Assembly: GCA_951406725.2 (NCBI GenBank)
Contig: OX597838.1
Location: 14,384,001 to 14,448,000, forward strand
Length of the DNA stretch: 64,000 nt
Direction of reading: 5' to 3'
From: Octopus vulgaris
Lineage: Eukaryota
The notes below the pieces were generated by a model that ran no database searches, had not been told where the DNA came from, and worked only from the letters and a program-made list of their open reading frames with translations. Below, in pieces: positions 26,130-39,454 of this stretch (position 1 is its first letter; each line of letters starts with the position of its first letter). Position numbers and translations under genes: made by a program.

Positions 26130-26465
26130 CGCGAAGGTACCGGAATTTTGCAATATTTTATCCACCTAGTTATACATGTCTACACGTTTATCGTCTTCAA
26201 AGTATTCTCCATTTGAAGCAATGCATCGGACCAGGCGGGTTTTCAACTATTGGAGGCAGTGCTGTAACTCTTGCGAAGTAATGCCTTTTAACGCTTACGC
26301 TGTGTTTTTTCTTCACCTCTTTCACATCTGAAAATTCCGTAGCACCATCTTCCATCACCAGTGATAACCTTCGAAAAAAAAAAATGTCCGAAAAACTTAC
26401 AGTCGGGAGCCAAACATCGTAACCACTTGGGTTCACGCCGTCACTTTTCATCGTTCTACAGCTTC
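26130..26465 (-). pseudogene. Internally deleted mariner transposase relic
   Basis: Minus strand FSKVITGDGRWCYG (ITGDEtW motif) joined to GITSQELQHCLQ*LKTRLVRCIASNGEYFED. Confidence 0.8.
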
Positions 26466-26493
26466 TACCAATCCACTACAACCACGGCTACAG

Positions 26494-26540
<47 letters not shown>

Positions 26541-26588
26541 GCTACCACCACCACCACCACCACCACCACCACCACTACCACCACCACC

Positions 26589-26634
<46 letters not shown>

Positions 26635-27078
26635 AACACGCACGGTGGAGAAAACACCAAGATGTTGGGTATATCTAAAGAATAACACCAGAATAATAAT
26701 GACCACGATACACTAACAAGAGCCCTCTGTCTGTCTGTGTGTGCATGTGTGTGCGCGTGTGTGTATGTGTGTGTATGCGTGTGTGTGTGTGTGTGTGTGT
26801 ATGCGTGTGTGTGTGTACGTCACTCTGCCGGTCACTATATATATATATATTATATATATCTGGTCCCACTTCCTCACACTTTCATTTACACACACACACT
26901 CTCTCCTCCTCCTCCTCCTCCTCCTCCACCTCCGCCTCCTCCCTCTGTGTATATGCAATGAAACGTGATGTTCAAGCAACCAAGCGTGAGTATTTCTGCC
27001 GTGACCTATGTCTGATGGTGAATACACTGAGGAACAAATGCCATTGTGGTTAATATAACGCAACCGCTCTCACACACG

Positions 27079-27130
<52 letters not shown>

Positions 27131-28174
27131 CACACAGAGGCACACACTCACGCACAAACTCACACATACATGCATATGCTCACACATGCACACACACGTA
27201 TACATACACACATGCATGTACACTTAAAACCTTTACATATATATAATATTATAATATACATATATATATATACATGTGTGTGTGAGTGTGCGTGCACGCG
27301 TATATATATATGGATAAACAACGCTCGCATATACATGTACATGCATGCGTACATACATAAAGATATATACACAGACACACACACACACACACACACACAC
27401 AGAGGCATACACACACACACGCGCGCACACATACATACGTAAAAATACCCAAGCACTAATGTAAAATATGTAAAAGTCAAAGGATCTTCGTCAGTTATTG
27501 ACGATCTCATTCGTTCAGTCAACTGAAACTACCGACTCCAGTGAGATAACAACAGGAACAAAACAGGAGTACACAGTATGAATATGCTCTTAATAGGAAT
27601 ACACTGTTTATAGTTATTAACAAACACGAATACAGAGTATGTAGTTATTACTAGGAGTACATAGAATACAATAATGAACTGGACTGCACATTGTATACTG
27701 TGTATAGCATTAGTTTCACGCCGAAAGGAAAAAAAAAAGAAAATGTTCGACAATTCCATATATATTCTTTTATCGTTTATTGGAGAACAGAAAAGCGGTA
27801 CTCATGAGCCCTTAATTAGTGGAGCTTAGGAGGATTCTGAGAGTACAAGGAGTAAGGAGTAAAGTTCCACCAAACCAAACTGCATGCAAACTGAAGGTTC
27901 TACTCCCCACCGAAACACCAGCAGTAGTATGACACCGAATGCACCTAATATACCATCCGTACAGAATCAACGCGACACAGTCGGTGACAAAACTGGCCCT
28001 CTAAATTATGGGTACAATTAACCCAGTAATACGATCCCTCAGACTTCCATATTTTTGGTCTAACGAATGAGGCACTGAGAGGCAAACATTATGGTTGTGA
28101 TGAAGAAGCGAAAATACAAGCGGTTTTGTTCCTTTGCAACATTACCTTTCTCTCTCTTCCCTATATACTCACAC

Positions 28175-29054
28175 GAATACGGTGGGTGGGTGAGGCATCA
28201 TTTCCTATTCAAACTGCTCGAGGTTTTAGGATGTCATCCTCACTGTATTATCCTGATGGAAGAACACCTTTCGTCTTCAAACCAAAGATGGTCGTTGTTC
28301 TTCTAGCGCTGACTTAAGCCGCTCAAACTGTTGGCAGTAGATCTCCTTTGTTATCGTTTAGTTCGAGTTTAAAAGTTCAAAGTGGACTAAACCTTTCATA
28401 TCCCACCAAACAGATAACAACATCTCACGTGGGTGAAGATCTTTAGCCTGGAGTGCCGGTGTTTTTCTTTTCCCTACCCACCGTCTTCGACGCTTGACAT
28501 TTTTATAGAGATCCCATTTCTTGTCACCAAAAAGTTCATTCGAGAGACGTGACAACAAAGAAGAGCACACATTCACTTTCTGCGCGCGACTTTTCCAATA
28601 GCACGCATGTGTAGATGAATGGTTGAATGACATTTACGATGGGATTTTGTTCCACCAGAGTTGGCAAGATGTCCTTGTCGAGCTCTACAGATCTTCCAGG
28701 ACGAGGCTCATCTTCTAGGATGTAGTTTCCAGTTCGGAATTTCTGGAACCACCATTGACACTGGCTTACGCTTATTTGTCCGATCCCCATATACTGCATT
28801 AATATTCCTTGCACTTTCTGTTGTGTTGTTGCCTTTATTGAACTCGTAAAGTAAAATATGTCGAATATGCTCCTCTGTCACTTTCATTATAGCCTTGAAA
28901 AAATAACTTAAAATCGAACTGCACTATTCAAACTTGCACTAAGAGTAAGGACAAGGTCGAATTACCACCTGCTTTTATAGCAAGTTGATGCAGGTAGTTT
29001 ATCCTCTCCTCATCCGACTTTTACTTCTTGCAATTGAAATGGGATGACCTAATA
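28175..29054 (-). mobile_element. Mariner transposon relic (5' TIR plus disrupted transposase)
   Basis: ATG at 28887: MKVTEEHIRHILLYEFNKG..; SQCQWWFQKFRTGN..LEDEPRPGR; LLSVWWDMKGLVHFELL; FFHQDN; MPHPPYS; 5' end TA-ttaggtcatccc. Confidence 0.9.
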
Positions 29055-29090
29055 CATATTCATACATACAGAGACAGACAGACAAACACG

Positions 29091-29151
<61 letters not shown>

Positions 29152-29263
29152 TGTATGTGTATGTTTATGTGTGTGTTTATCTATCTATCTGTCTATCTAG
29201 ATTAGATAGATAGATAAACAGATACAAACAGATAGATAGACAGACGCACACACACACAAATAC

Positions 29264-29302
<39 letters not shown>

Positions 29303-29750
29303 GATAAATAGATAGACAAAGAGAGCGAGAGGGGGAGAGAGATGTTATGTGTTCTGTCTTCCACCTGAACTTGTTCTCACGTGAACGGCTGATCTGTAAT
29401 TTCTTTTTATACACCTCTTCCCGTCCTCACACACACACACACACACACACACTCTCTCTCTCTCTCTCATCTCTTATTCGCACTATCCCAGCATATCTTG
29501 CTATTCTCGCATTCTACTATTCTGCTATTCCGTCTCACTCCACCTTCTGCTCTGTATCAATTGCCTCAGCAGACGATCACGATTATCTTGGCATACCAGC
29601 ATGTCGGTCAGAGATAGAGTAAGAGAGAGGGAGAGAGAGAGAAAGAGAGAGTAAGAGAGAGTATGAAAGATAGTTACTATCAATCACTCACTCAATCACT
29701 CACTCACTCACTCACTCAATCACTCACTCACTCACTCACTCACTCAATCA

Positions 29751-29834
<84 letters not shown>

Positions 29835-29878
29835 GTCAGTCTGTCTGTCTGTCTATCTATCTATCTGTCTGTCTGTCG

Positions 29879-29957
<79 letters not shown>

Positions 29958-30248
29958 CTTCTATCAGTCAAACAATCTATCAATCTACGCACATACATAT
30001 ATACACACATACACACACATATATACATATACACACACATATATATATATACATATTTAGAGAAAGAGAAAGGAGAGAGAGAGAGAGAGAGAGAGTGAGC
30101 ACGAAATGAGAGAAAGAGAGATAAATTGGAATGAGGAGAAGGAAGAGGGGGAAAAACTAGTCAGCGTGTGATGTTACTCCGCCAGCAATGGCGTTTAGTG
30201 CAAAGATAGCGAATTTCAGCGATTCTAATCATCCCCGCTCTCTTCTTC

Positions 30249-30281
<33 letters not shown>

Positions 30282-31531
30282 CGTCTCTCTCTTCTCTCTC
30301 ACTTTCTCTCTTTATGCCTCAGCATCGTTTACGATCATTTTTCAAAGTTATCTTTCAACTGGAAACAAGTTGTAGAAGCTTCGAGGAGGCTTTGCTGTAA
30401 TTCGATGGACGACAGACGTGGATGAGTTCTGTGTGTTTATGCAAATGCATATCTGCGTGTGCGCGTGCGCGTGTTCGCTGATTGAGTAGTTTGTGCAAAT
30501 GTGTGCGGATTTGTGCGTGTATGTGTGCGCGTGTGTTTGTGTGTGAGTATGTATGTATGTGTGCGTGTATGTATGTATGTATGTATGTATGTATGTATGT
30601 ATGTATGTATGTGTGTGTGTATGTGTGTATATGTGTGTATGTTTGTGTGATATGTGTATGTATGTGTGTGTGTGTATATATATGTGTGTGTGTGAGTATG
30701 TATGTATGTGTGTGTGTATGTGTGTATATGTGCGTATGTTTGTGTGATATGTGTATGTATGTGTGTGTGTATGTGTGTGTGTATATGTGTGTCTGTGTGA
30801 GTATGTATGTATATGTGTGTATGTGTGTATATGTGTGTATGTTTGTGTGATATGTGTGTGTATATGTATGTATGTGTATGTGCGTGTATGTGTGTGTGTC
30901 TCTGTGTATATGTGTATGTGTGTGTGTATGTATATGTGCGTACGTGCATGTGTATGTGTGTGTGTGTGTACACATGTGTTTATGCATTTGCACGGATATG
31001 TTTTTGGATGTGAATGAATTCTTGTTCACGTGTGTGTGTGTGTGTGTGTGTGTGGATGGGGCGTGCTTGCGCGTAGGACGCAAGGACGGCCGAGGGCTTA
31101 AGAAGCTCGCTTTGCAATAACAAAGTCCCCCAATAACAAAGTGTGACATTTTCAGCAAATGTCTTTTACAACAGCACCTGACTTTTATTCATTTCCCTCA
31201 TTAGACTTCGGCCATGTATACATTAATGTGTGTGTGTATGTGTGTGTGCTTGTTTCCCCGCCATCACTTGACAACCGATACTGGTATGTTTATGCCCCCC
31301 CCCCCAGTAACTTAGCGGTTCGGTGAAAGAGACCGATAAAATAAGTACTTAGAAATATTAAGTTCCGGTGTCGGTTTCTTCGACTAAAACCCTTTAAGGC
31401 GAAGGAAACGTAAGGCAAGTCACAAGAAAACAAACATTGTGATTTACCTTACCTTGCAATCTACTTCGCATTGTTTTAGCCTTACCCACGTTCCTTTATA
31501 CTCTACATAATCCTTCATGGTAATTATTCCA

Positions 31532-31576
<45 letters not shown>

Positions 31577-31579
<3 letters not shown>

Positions 31580-31820
31580 GCGCGTGGCTTTGTGGTTAGG
31601 GTGTCAGCATCATGATCGTAAGATTGTAGTTTCGATTCCTGGGCTGGGTGAGGTGTTGTGTTCTTGAGCAAAACACTTCATTTCACGTTGCTCCAGTCCA
31701 CTCAGCTGGCAAAAATGAGTAACGCTGCGATGGACTGGCGTCCCGTCCAGCTGGGGAACACATACGCCATAGAAAACGGGAAACCGGGCCCATGAGCCTG
31801 GCTAGGCTTTAAAAGCGCGC
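31577..31820 (+). mobile_element. SINE family C (tRNA head, CORE-like body)
   Basis: gaggcgcgtggctttgtggttaggg A-box, gtttcgattcc B-box, tgtgttcttgagcaaaacacttcatttcacgttgctccagtccactcagctg. Confidence 0.85.
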
Positions 31821-31893
31821 ATTCATTTATTATTATTATATATGCATACTCTTACTCACACACTCATAAACACACAAGCACACTCTCTCTTTT

Positions 31894-31936
<43 letters not shown>

Positions 31937-32014
31937 CTCTCTCTCTCTCTCTTTCACATACACATACACATACACAAATATGGTCCCTCATCCCTCCTGA
32001 CTGGCCCTCGTGCC

Positions 32015-32244
32015 GGCGAGCTGGCAGAATTGTTAGCACGCCGGACAAAATGCGTAGCCGTATTTCATCTGCCGTTACGTTCTGAGTTCAAATTCCGCCG
32101 AGGTCGACTTCGCCTTTCATCCTTTCGGGGTCGATAAATTAAGTACCAGTTACGCACTGGGGTCAGTGTAATTGACTTGATCCGTTTGTCTGTCCTTGTT
32201 TGTCCCCTCTGTGTTTAGCCCCTTGTGGGTAGTAAAGAAATAGG
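32015..32244 (+). mobile_element. SINE family A, full-length
   Basis: Family consensus match. Confidence 0.9.
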
Positions 32245-32261
32245 TACGTAAAAGCGTTGCT

Positions 32262-32432
32262 ACACTCTCGGAGTGGTTGGCGTTAGGAAGGGCATCCAAC
32301 TGTAGAAACTCTGCCAGATCAGACTGGAGCCTGGTGAAGCCATCTGGTTCGCCAATCCTCAGTCAAATCCTCCAACCCATGCCAGCATGAAAAGCGGACG
32401 TTAAACGACGACGACGACGACGACGACGACGG

Positions 32433-32467
<35 letters not shown>

Positions 32468-32490
32468 ATGATGATGATGATGATGATGAT
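32262..32490 (+). mobile_element. 3' end of an RTE-tailed SINE/LINE with (GAC/GAT)n tail
   Basis: ggttggcgttaggaagggcatcc..aacccatgccagcatgaaaagcggacgttaaa followed by (GAC)n(GAT)n. Confidence 0.6.
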
Positions 32491-33094
32491 TCAAAATTCG
32501 TGTGGAACCGGATCTAACAACGATTTCGTCTTCGGTGCGATTTTTCTGACCGAGACCTCCACCATATAGTCAGTGTACTTTAGCCATTAGGTGTAGACAA
32601 TAGACCGGACGCATCACATGGCAGTCAGCAGCAGGCGAGAGCACTGTCACAACACAAAAGCGTTGGACAGCGGCGGCAGCAACGCACCATGACCAGCTAA
32701 CATCAAGAAACCTACGACAGCTACTGCCATCATACCTATTCCGACAACAATAAGCTTCGAACTATCTCAGTGTTTGTTGTTTCTAGTAACGACAAAATTT
32801 TTGTTTATGATAAATAAAAAAAAAATGCTTTTATTAAAAATCTCAAACAGATTTTTGTGTTCATTATCGTAACAAAACAAATATTGCAACGTATTTCAGT
32901 CCAACGCTCTGCCAATCAACCGTTATATATATTTAGCTGTAGAAATGGACGAAGAAATATGTAAGCAGCGGAATTTGGTTATTCGTTCGAAGCGACATCA
33001 CACTCCAGAACGCTGCATCATAATACAGCGCTATGCTATATTTTCACAAAACCGAGACCGCAACAATGTTCCCATTGATTTCTTATTTAATAAA

Positions 33095-33167
33095 GTTGTT
33101 TGAGCTCAGTCGGTAGAGCATCAAACTTTTAATCTGAGGGTCGCGGGTTCGAGTCCCTCTGAGGGCG
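33095..33167 (+). pseudogene. tRNA-Lys(UUU) pseudogene
   Basis: D arm GCTC-AGTCGGTA-GAGC, anticodon loop CTTTTAA (TTT at 33128-33130), T loop TTCGAGT, 3' acceptor TGAGGGC-G; 5' acceptor GTTGTTT pairs poorly and there is one mismatch each in the anticodon and T stems. Confidence 0.8.
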
Positions 33168-33300
33168 TACGTTTATTTTAATGATCGTTTGCGAGAATGA
33201 CTGTCGCTTTAAAGGTGACACATAATAAGTATATAAGTAATTAATAACTGGTGGATAATTGTATACACTTGAATCATGTTCTATTATATATTTATTTATT

Positions 33301-34143
33301 AGGCGCAGGAGTGGCTGTGTGGTAAGTAGCTTGCTTACGAACCACATGGTTCCGGGTTCAGTCCTACTGCGTGGCACCTTGGGCAAGTGTCTTCTACTAC
33401 AGCCTCGGGCCGACCAAAGCCTTGTGAGTGGATTTGGTAGACGGAAACTGAAAGAAGCCCGTCGTATATATGTATATATATGTATGTGTGTGTGTGTTTG
33501 TGTGTCTCTGTTTGTCCTCCTAGCATTGCTTGACAACCGATGCTGGTGTGTTTATGTCCCCGTTACTTAGCGGTTCGGCGAAGGAGACCGATAGAATAAG
33601 TACTGGGCTTACAAAAGAATAAGTCCCGGGGTCGAGTTGCTCGATTAAAGGCGGTGCTCCAGCATGGCCGCAGTCAAATGACTGAAACAAGTAAAAGAGT
33701 AAAAGAGTAAAAGAGTATATTTATTAGGCGCAGGAGTGGCTGTGTGGTAAGTAGCTTGCTTACGAACCACATGGTTCCGGGTTCAGTCCTACTGCGTGGC
33801 ACCTTGGGCAAGTGTCTTCTACTATAGCCTCAGGCCGACCAAAGCCTTGTGAGTGGATTTGGTAGACGGAAACTGAAAGAAGCCCGTCGTGTATATGTAT
33901 ATATATGTATGTGCGTGTATATGTTTGTGTGTCTGTGTTTGTTCACCCAACATCGCTTGACAACCAATGCTGGTGTGCTTACGTCCCCGTAACTTAACGG
34001 TTCGGCAAAACAGACCGATACAATAAGTAGTAGGCTTACAAAGAATAAGTCCTTGGGTCGATTTGCTCGACTAAAGGCGGTGCTCCAGCATGGACAAAGT
34101 CAAATGACTGAAACAAGTAAAACAGTAAAAGAGTAAAAGAGTA
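33301..34143 (+). mobile_element. Two head-to-tail full-length SINE family B copies (33301-33716, 33726-34143)
   Basis: tRNA-like head, gtggcaccttgggcaagt CORE-like block, internal (TA/TG)n, (GTAAAAGA)n tail. Confidence 0.92.
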
Positions 34144-34904
34144 AGAAAAACTCGCGGTCACATTGTCTGACAGGAATAGCAGCCGAATGTCCCTCAAATT
34201 AAATGTTACCCGGCCATAAAGGACAATGTAGTCCTTGATATACAAAGCAACGTAATGGTCGCGGTTAGTTGGAACACCTTTCATGGATCAGGGCTAATTC
34301 GAAGCTGTACAACAAAACCGTGTACAAGCAGCAAGAGCAGCAGATACCAATACCACAGCCAACAACAAGAACACCAACACCAACATTGAAGCGGCACCTT
34401 GCGGCAATAAAAGTCGTGTTTAAATTCGTTGAAATTCCCTAATGATTTAATCATCTGTACATACACACCCACACACAAATACACACACACACAAACACAA
34501 ACACACACACACACAAACACACACGCGCGCGCGCGCGCGCTCCCCACGCGCGTAAACTCCCTTCCTCACTCCTTTTTACTCCTACTTCTTCTCTTCCTCT
34601 CTCTTCCTTCTCATACACAATCTCTTTACTCCTTCTCTTCGTTCCTCATTATTTTTCCTCCTCTTCCCACAACCTTTCTCACTTTCCCTCCTACCTTCCC
34701 TAATATTCCTCTTACTCTCCCTCGTCCCTTCTTTCACTCATTTTCTCTCTCACTTTCTCTCTCTCTCTCTCTCTCACTCGTATTCTCTTTTTCGTTCTTT
34801 TTTCTCTCATTCTATCTCTCTTACTCTCTTTAACGCTCACTCATATTTTCCCTCATCTCTCATACAAACGAAATTCTCTCTTTCTCTAACTATCCCGCCC
34901 TTTC

Positions 34905-34919
34905 TTTTTTCTTCTTCTT

Positions 34920-34950
<31 letters not shown>

Positions 34951-35997
34951 GCCTCCTCCTCTCCTACTCAGTCTATTCTCCCCCTCTGCCTCCCCCTCTC
35001 CCTCTTCCTCGTCCTCCTCCACTGCCTCCTCTGCCTCCTCAACCTCCTCAACCTCCTCCCCTCGTCCTCCCCCTCGTCCTCCCCCTCGTCCTCTCCCTCG
35101 TCCTCCTCTTCCTCAACCACCTCCCCTCCTCCTCTTCCCCGTCCTCCTCTGCCTCTTCCTCCTCCTCTTCCTCCTCCTCTTCCTCCTCCTCTTCCTCCTC
35201 CCCTTCCTCCTCCTCTTCCTCCTCCTCTTCCTCCTCCTCTTCCTCCTCCGCCTAGTTTTCTCCATCTTCTCCTCCTCATCCAACTCCTCCCCCTCGCTCT
35301 CTCCTCCTCCTCTTGCTCTACCCCTCTCTCTAACCTGTTTACACTCTACCTTTATATTTCTCCAGTTAATCTCCCACCACCACTTTCCCCCTATCTCTAC
35401 CCCTTTCTATCTCCCATTAGCTTCCTTCCTTCCCCTCCCTCTCTCTCTCTCTCTCTCTCTTTCTCTCTTAATTAGCCTCTTTCGTTCTTCTTTGCAATTA
35501 ATCTCTCTTTATTACACCGATCACTGTTGCCGCAGCCACCGGCTCCACGGCAGCAATGACGACCACCGCCACCGCCACCACTACCACCACCACCACCACC
35601 ACCACCATCGCCACAATCGCCACTGGTGCCACGACGACGACCCCCCCCACCACCACGACTACCACCGTTACCGTCGTCACAATCGTTGCCACCGCCACGA
35701 TGACGACCACGACGATCACCACCACCACCACCACCACCATCATCATCACCCCTTCCACCGCCGCTGCCACCACGACGACCACGATGACGAAGACCACCAC
35801 CACCACCACCACCACCACTACCACCACAGCCATCACCACTTTTACTACTGCCTCTGTCGCCGCAATTGCTACTGTCGCCACGACGACGATCATCACCACC
35901 ACCACCACCACCACCGCGCCACCACCACCACCACCGCCACCACCACTACCACCACCACCACTACCACCACCACCACCACCACCACCACCACCACCAC
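34905..35997. repeat. (CTT)n/(CCT)n and degenerate (ACC)n low-complexity tracts
   Basis: Direct inspection; source of the His/Thr/Pro-rich pseudo-ORFs. Confidence 0.9.
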
Positions 35998-36254
35998 ACT
36001 TTAATGAAATGTCAATAATTCGTTTTAATGACAGTTTAACATTCTTTGGTGATGAAAATATTCTATAGCTGTTTTAATTAAAGACCTGCATCAGTTTATG
36101 CGTGTGTGTATGTGTGTGTGGGATGTGTCTGTGTGTGTGTGCGTGCGTGCACGGATGCTGCGCGTACGTGCACACACACATACACACATTCACACACATA
36201 CACGTACATATATATGCATATACATATATACATACATATGTGTTCATAGTTTGG

Positions 36255-36561
36255 TATTCCGTCGGTTACGATGATGAGTGTTCCAGCTGATACAATCAAC
36301 AAAACGGCCTACTCATGAAATTAACGTACAAGTGGCTGAGTACTCCGCAGACATGCGTCCTCTTAACGCAGGTCTTAGGGAGACTGGGCGTGACACAAAA
36401 TTTGACAAGGCCGACCCTTTGAATTACAGGTGCTCGTTTTTGCCAGCTGAGTGGATTGAAGCAACGTGGAATAAAATGCCTTGCTCAAGGAGACAATGGG
36501 CCACAGGGAGTCAGATTTTACGATCATGAACCGAATGCTCCAACCACTAAGCCATGCGCCT
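36255..36561 (-). mobile_element. SINE family C
   Basis: Reverse-complement homology to 50333-50652. Confidence 0.8.
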
Positions 36562-36996
36562 TTACATATATATGCATATATACGCGCTAGGCGGTGCTCC
36601 AGCATGACCGCAGTCAAATGTTTAATCAAGTAAAAAAATAAAAGACTATATTTGTGTGTTTTGTGTTTGTGTGTGTATTTGTGTGTATGTTTGTGTGTGT
36701 AATACAGTATGTTGCAAATGCATACAAATGATTTTGCCAAGAGTGCTCGATATTGCATCAATTATATTATAGAGCCGTATAAATATGTGTAGAAAGGCGG
36801 CGAGCTGGCAGAAACGTTAGCACGAAAATGCTAACGATACAACGAGGAAAAAAAATCGTGTGAAAACAACGAAAAGCCAAGGAACCAGGGAACCAGGGAA
36901 AATTCATGTAAAGAGGGATGAAATGAAAAGGGAAAAGTTCATCAAGAGAAAAGGGTGCTAGCATTGACCTTGATTGAAACAAATAAAAGAATAAAA

Positions 36997-37045
<49 letters not shown>

Positions 37046-37088
37046 GATAAATATCAAAGTGAGTTATATACAGTAGCGGTAACACATC

Positions 37089-37298
37089 GTGACGCATATT
37101 TTCCATTTCAATATGGCTACCCCTAAGGGTGGATGCTACTGTAGTTTTTAGCCCCAGGATGACTTCCCTTTGCAAATACTGACAGGACACAGAAAGTGTG
37201 TCTATGGCCAGCAGGAGGAGTGTGTCCTCTTGGGGCTAAAAACTACAGTAGCATCCACCCTTAGGGGTAGCCATATTGAAATGGCAAATATGCGTCAC
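37089..37298. mobile_element. Foldback/MITE-like element with 68-bp inverted arms
   Basis: 37089-37156 and 37231-37298 are inverted copies with one mismatch. Confidence 0.85.
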
Positions 37299-37309
37299 TA
37301 TATATATAT

Positions 37310-37490
37310 AGTTAATCCAAACTAGAAAACACAGAAAAAAACATAGCAACGCGAGGACGTGGAACAATTAAAGTATTATTTGACGCTCAGGAAAGAAGGG
37401 AAGGAGGGTTTAACGTTTCGAGCGGAGCTCTTCGTCGGAAACAAAGGAGAAGGAAAGATCCCGAGGAGGGAAGACAGAGGAAAAAATTTT
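37310..37490 (-). mobile_element. (TA)n-flanked PLE-type short repeat with a minimal HHR-like motif at 37408-37442
   Basis: Inverted homolog of 56715-56897; GTTT-CCGACGA-A-GAGC(tcc)GCTC-GAAAC-GTT-AAAC. Confidence 0.7.
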
Positions 37491-37507
37491 TTTTATATAT
37501 ATATATA

Positions 37508-37912
37508 GAGGCACAGGAGTGGATGTGTGGTAAGTAGCTTGCTAACCAACCACATGGTTCCGGGTTCAGTCCCACTGCGTGGCATCTTGGGCAAGTGTCT
37601 TCTGCTATAGCCCCGGGCCGACCAATGCCTTGTGAGTGGATTTGGTAGACGGAAACTGAAAGAAGCCTGTCGTATATATGTATATATATATATGTATGTG
37701 TGTGTTTGTGTGTCTGTGTTTGTCCCCCTAGCATTGCTTGACAACCGATGCTGGTGTGTGTATGTCCCTATCACTTAGCGGTTCGGCAAAAGAGACCGAT
37801 AGAATAAGTACTGGGCTTACAAAGAATAAGTCCCGGGGTCGATTCACTCGACTAAAGGCGGTGCTCCAGCATGGCCGCAGTCAAATGACTGAAACAAGTA
37901 AAAGAGTAAAAG
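37508..37912 (+). mobile_element. SINE family B, full-length
   Basis: Family consensus match. Confidence 0.92.
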
Positions 37913-38231
37913 AATATATATATATATATTTAATGATAAGGAAAACAGAGATTTATGTAACCAGTTTTATTCAGCAGTTATTTACGTCTTTCCATTTCTG
38001 GAAACACGTGATTGAGTGCAGAATAAAACTGGATGTATTATTTCTTCTCTACAGACAACGTGCAGTCTCTACAGAGACATATGGATTTACCGATGTCAAG
38101 ATCTAAGGACAGCAAAATAATCTAACTGGAGTTTTCTTACACTCATGGGGGTTAGCCATCATTATTAACCAATAGAAGGGAATACGGTATCCACTAGGAT
38201 TGTATATCCCTACCAACCTAATTTGGAAACT

Positions 38232-38278
<47 letters not shown>

Positions 38279-38684
38279 CATAAATATAAGAGAGTGACCA
38301 CTATATGGTCGACTCTAGCGCTAAAAATAGATCCGCTATGGTATTAGCCACTAAAATATTGTTTCCAAGGAGAATTAACACAACATTTAACGTAAACGCG
38401 GCAAGTGAAAAACAACGAAAATATAGATTAACTCTGGACAATTGTTTCGCTCTTAATGAATATGCAATTTTACTTATACAACATCTATAGTTCATCAGCA
38501 GAATTTGTCTAAAATACAATTTATTAAATCGCACGCTAAATTTCAACACAACTTATATTTATGTATAAATTTTTATTGTATCCCTGGTAAAATTACATAT
38601 ATATATATATACATACATACATTTAGTCTAAAGTTCTGTTTGATGTTTGAAAACCCATTCAAAGTGCAAAGACAGTTAGGAACT

Positions 38685-39437
38685 TAATTTATCGACCCTG
38701 AAAGGATGAAAGGCAAAGTAGACCTCGGCGGAATTTGAACTCAGAACGTAGCGACAAGCGAAACACCGCTAAGCACTTCGTTTGGCGTGCTAACGATTCT
38801 TTTTTTTTTTTTTCGTCCACAAGGGGCTAAACATAGAGGGGACAAACGAGGACAGACAAAGGGATTAAGTCGATATATCGACCCAGTGCGTAACTGGTAC
38901 TTAATTTATCGACCCCGAAAGGATGAAAGGCAAAGTCGACCTCGGCGGAATTCGAACTCAGAACGTAGCGACAGGCGAAACACCGCTAAGCACTTCGTTC
39001 GGCGTGCTAACGATTCTTTTCTTTTTGTTTTTGTCCACAAGGGGCTAACCATAGAGGGGACAAACAAGGACAGACAAAGGTATTAAGTCGATTACATCGA
39101 CCCCAGTGCGTAACTGGTATTTAATTTATCGACACTGAAAGGATGAAAGGCAAAGTCGACCTCGGCGGAATTTGAACTCAGAACGTAACGGCAGACGAAA
39201 TACCTATTTCTATTTCTTTATTACCCACAAGGGGCTAAACACAGAGCGGACAAACAAGGACAGACAAAGGGATTAAGTCGATTACATCGACCCCAGTGCG
39301 TAACTGGTATTTAATTTATCGACCCTGAAAGGATGAAAGGCAAAGTCGACCTCGGCGGAATTCGAACTCAGAACGTAGCGACAGGCGAAACACCGCTAAG
39401 CACTTCGTTCGGCGTGCTAACGATTCTGCCAGCTCGC
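38685..39437 (-). mobile_element. Tandem array of SINE family A units (four body domains)
   Basis: aaaggatgaaaggcaaagt(c/a)gacctcggcggaatt recurs near 38700, 38918, 39138 and 39328. Confidence 0.9.
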
Positions 39438-39454
39438 TGACGTGTCATATTTAT

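Noticed and set aside
31453-31518. Minus-strand MKDYVEYKGTWVRLKQCEVDCK followed by gtaagg
   Set aside because: Short, sandwiched between SINEs, no recognisable homology.
33301-33375. tRNA-like heads of SINE families A, B and C as tRNA genes
   Set aside because: No complete cloverleaf; always attached to SINE bodies.
35492-36068. His-rich and Thr/Pro-rich 170-aa ORFs (mucin- or beak-protein-like)
   Set aside because: Degenerate (ACC)n tract open in several frames on both strands; no signal peptide or clear splice sites.
38685-39437. CRISPR-like repeat array
   Set aside because: The units are ~190-220-bp SINE monomers with no unique spacers or cas genes, in a eukaryotic context.
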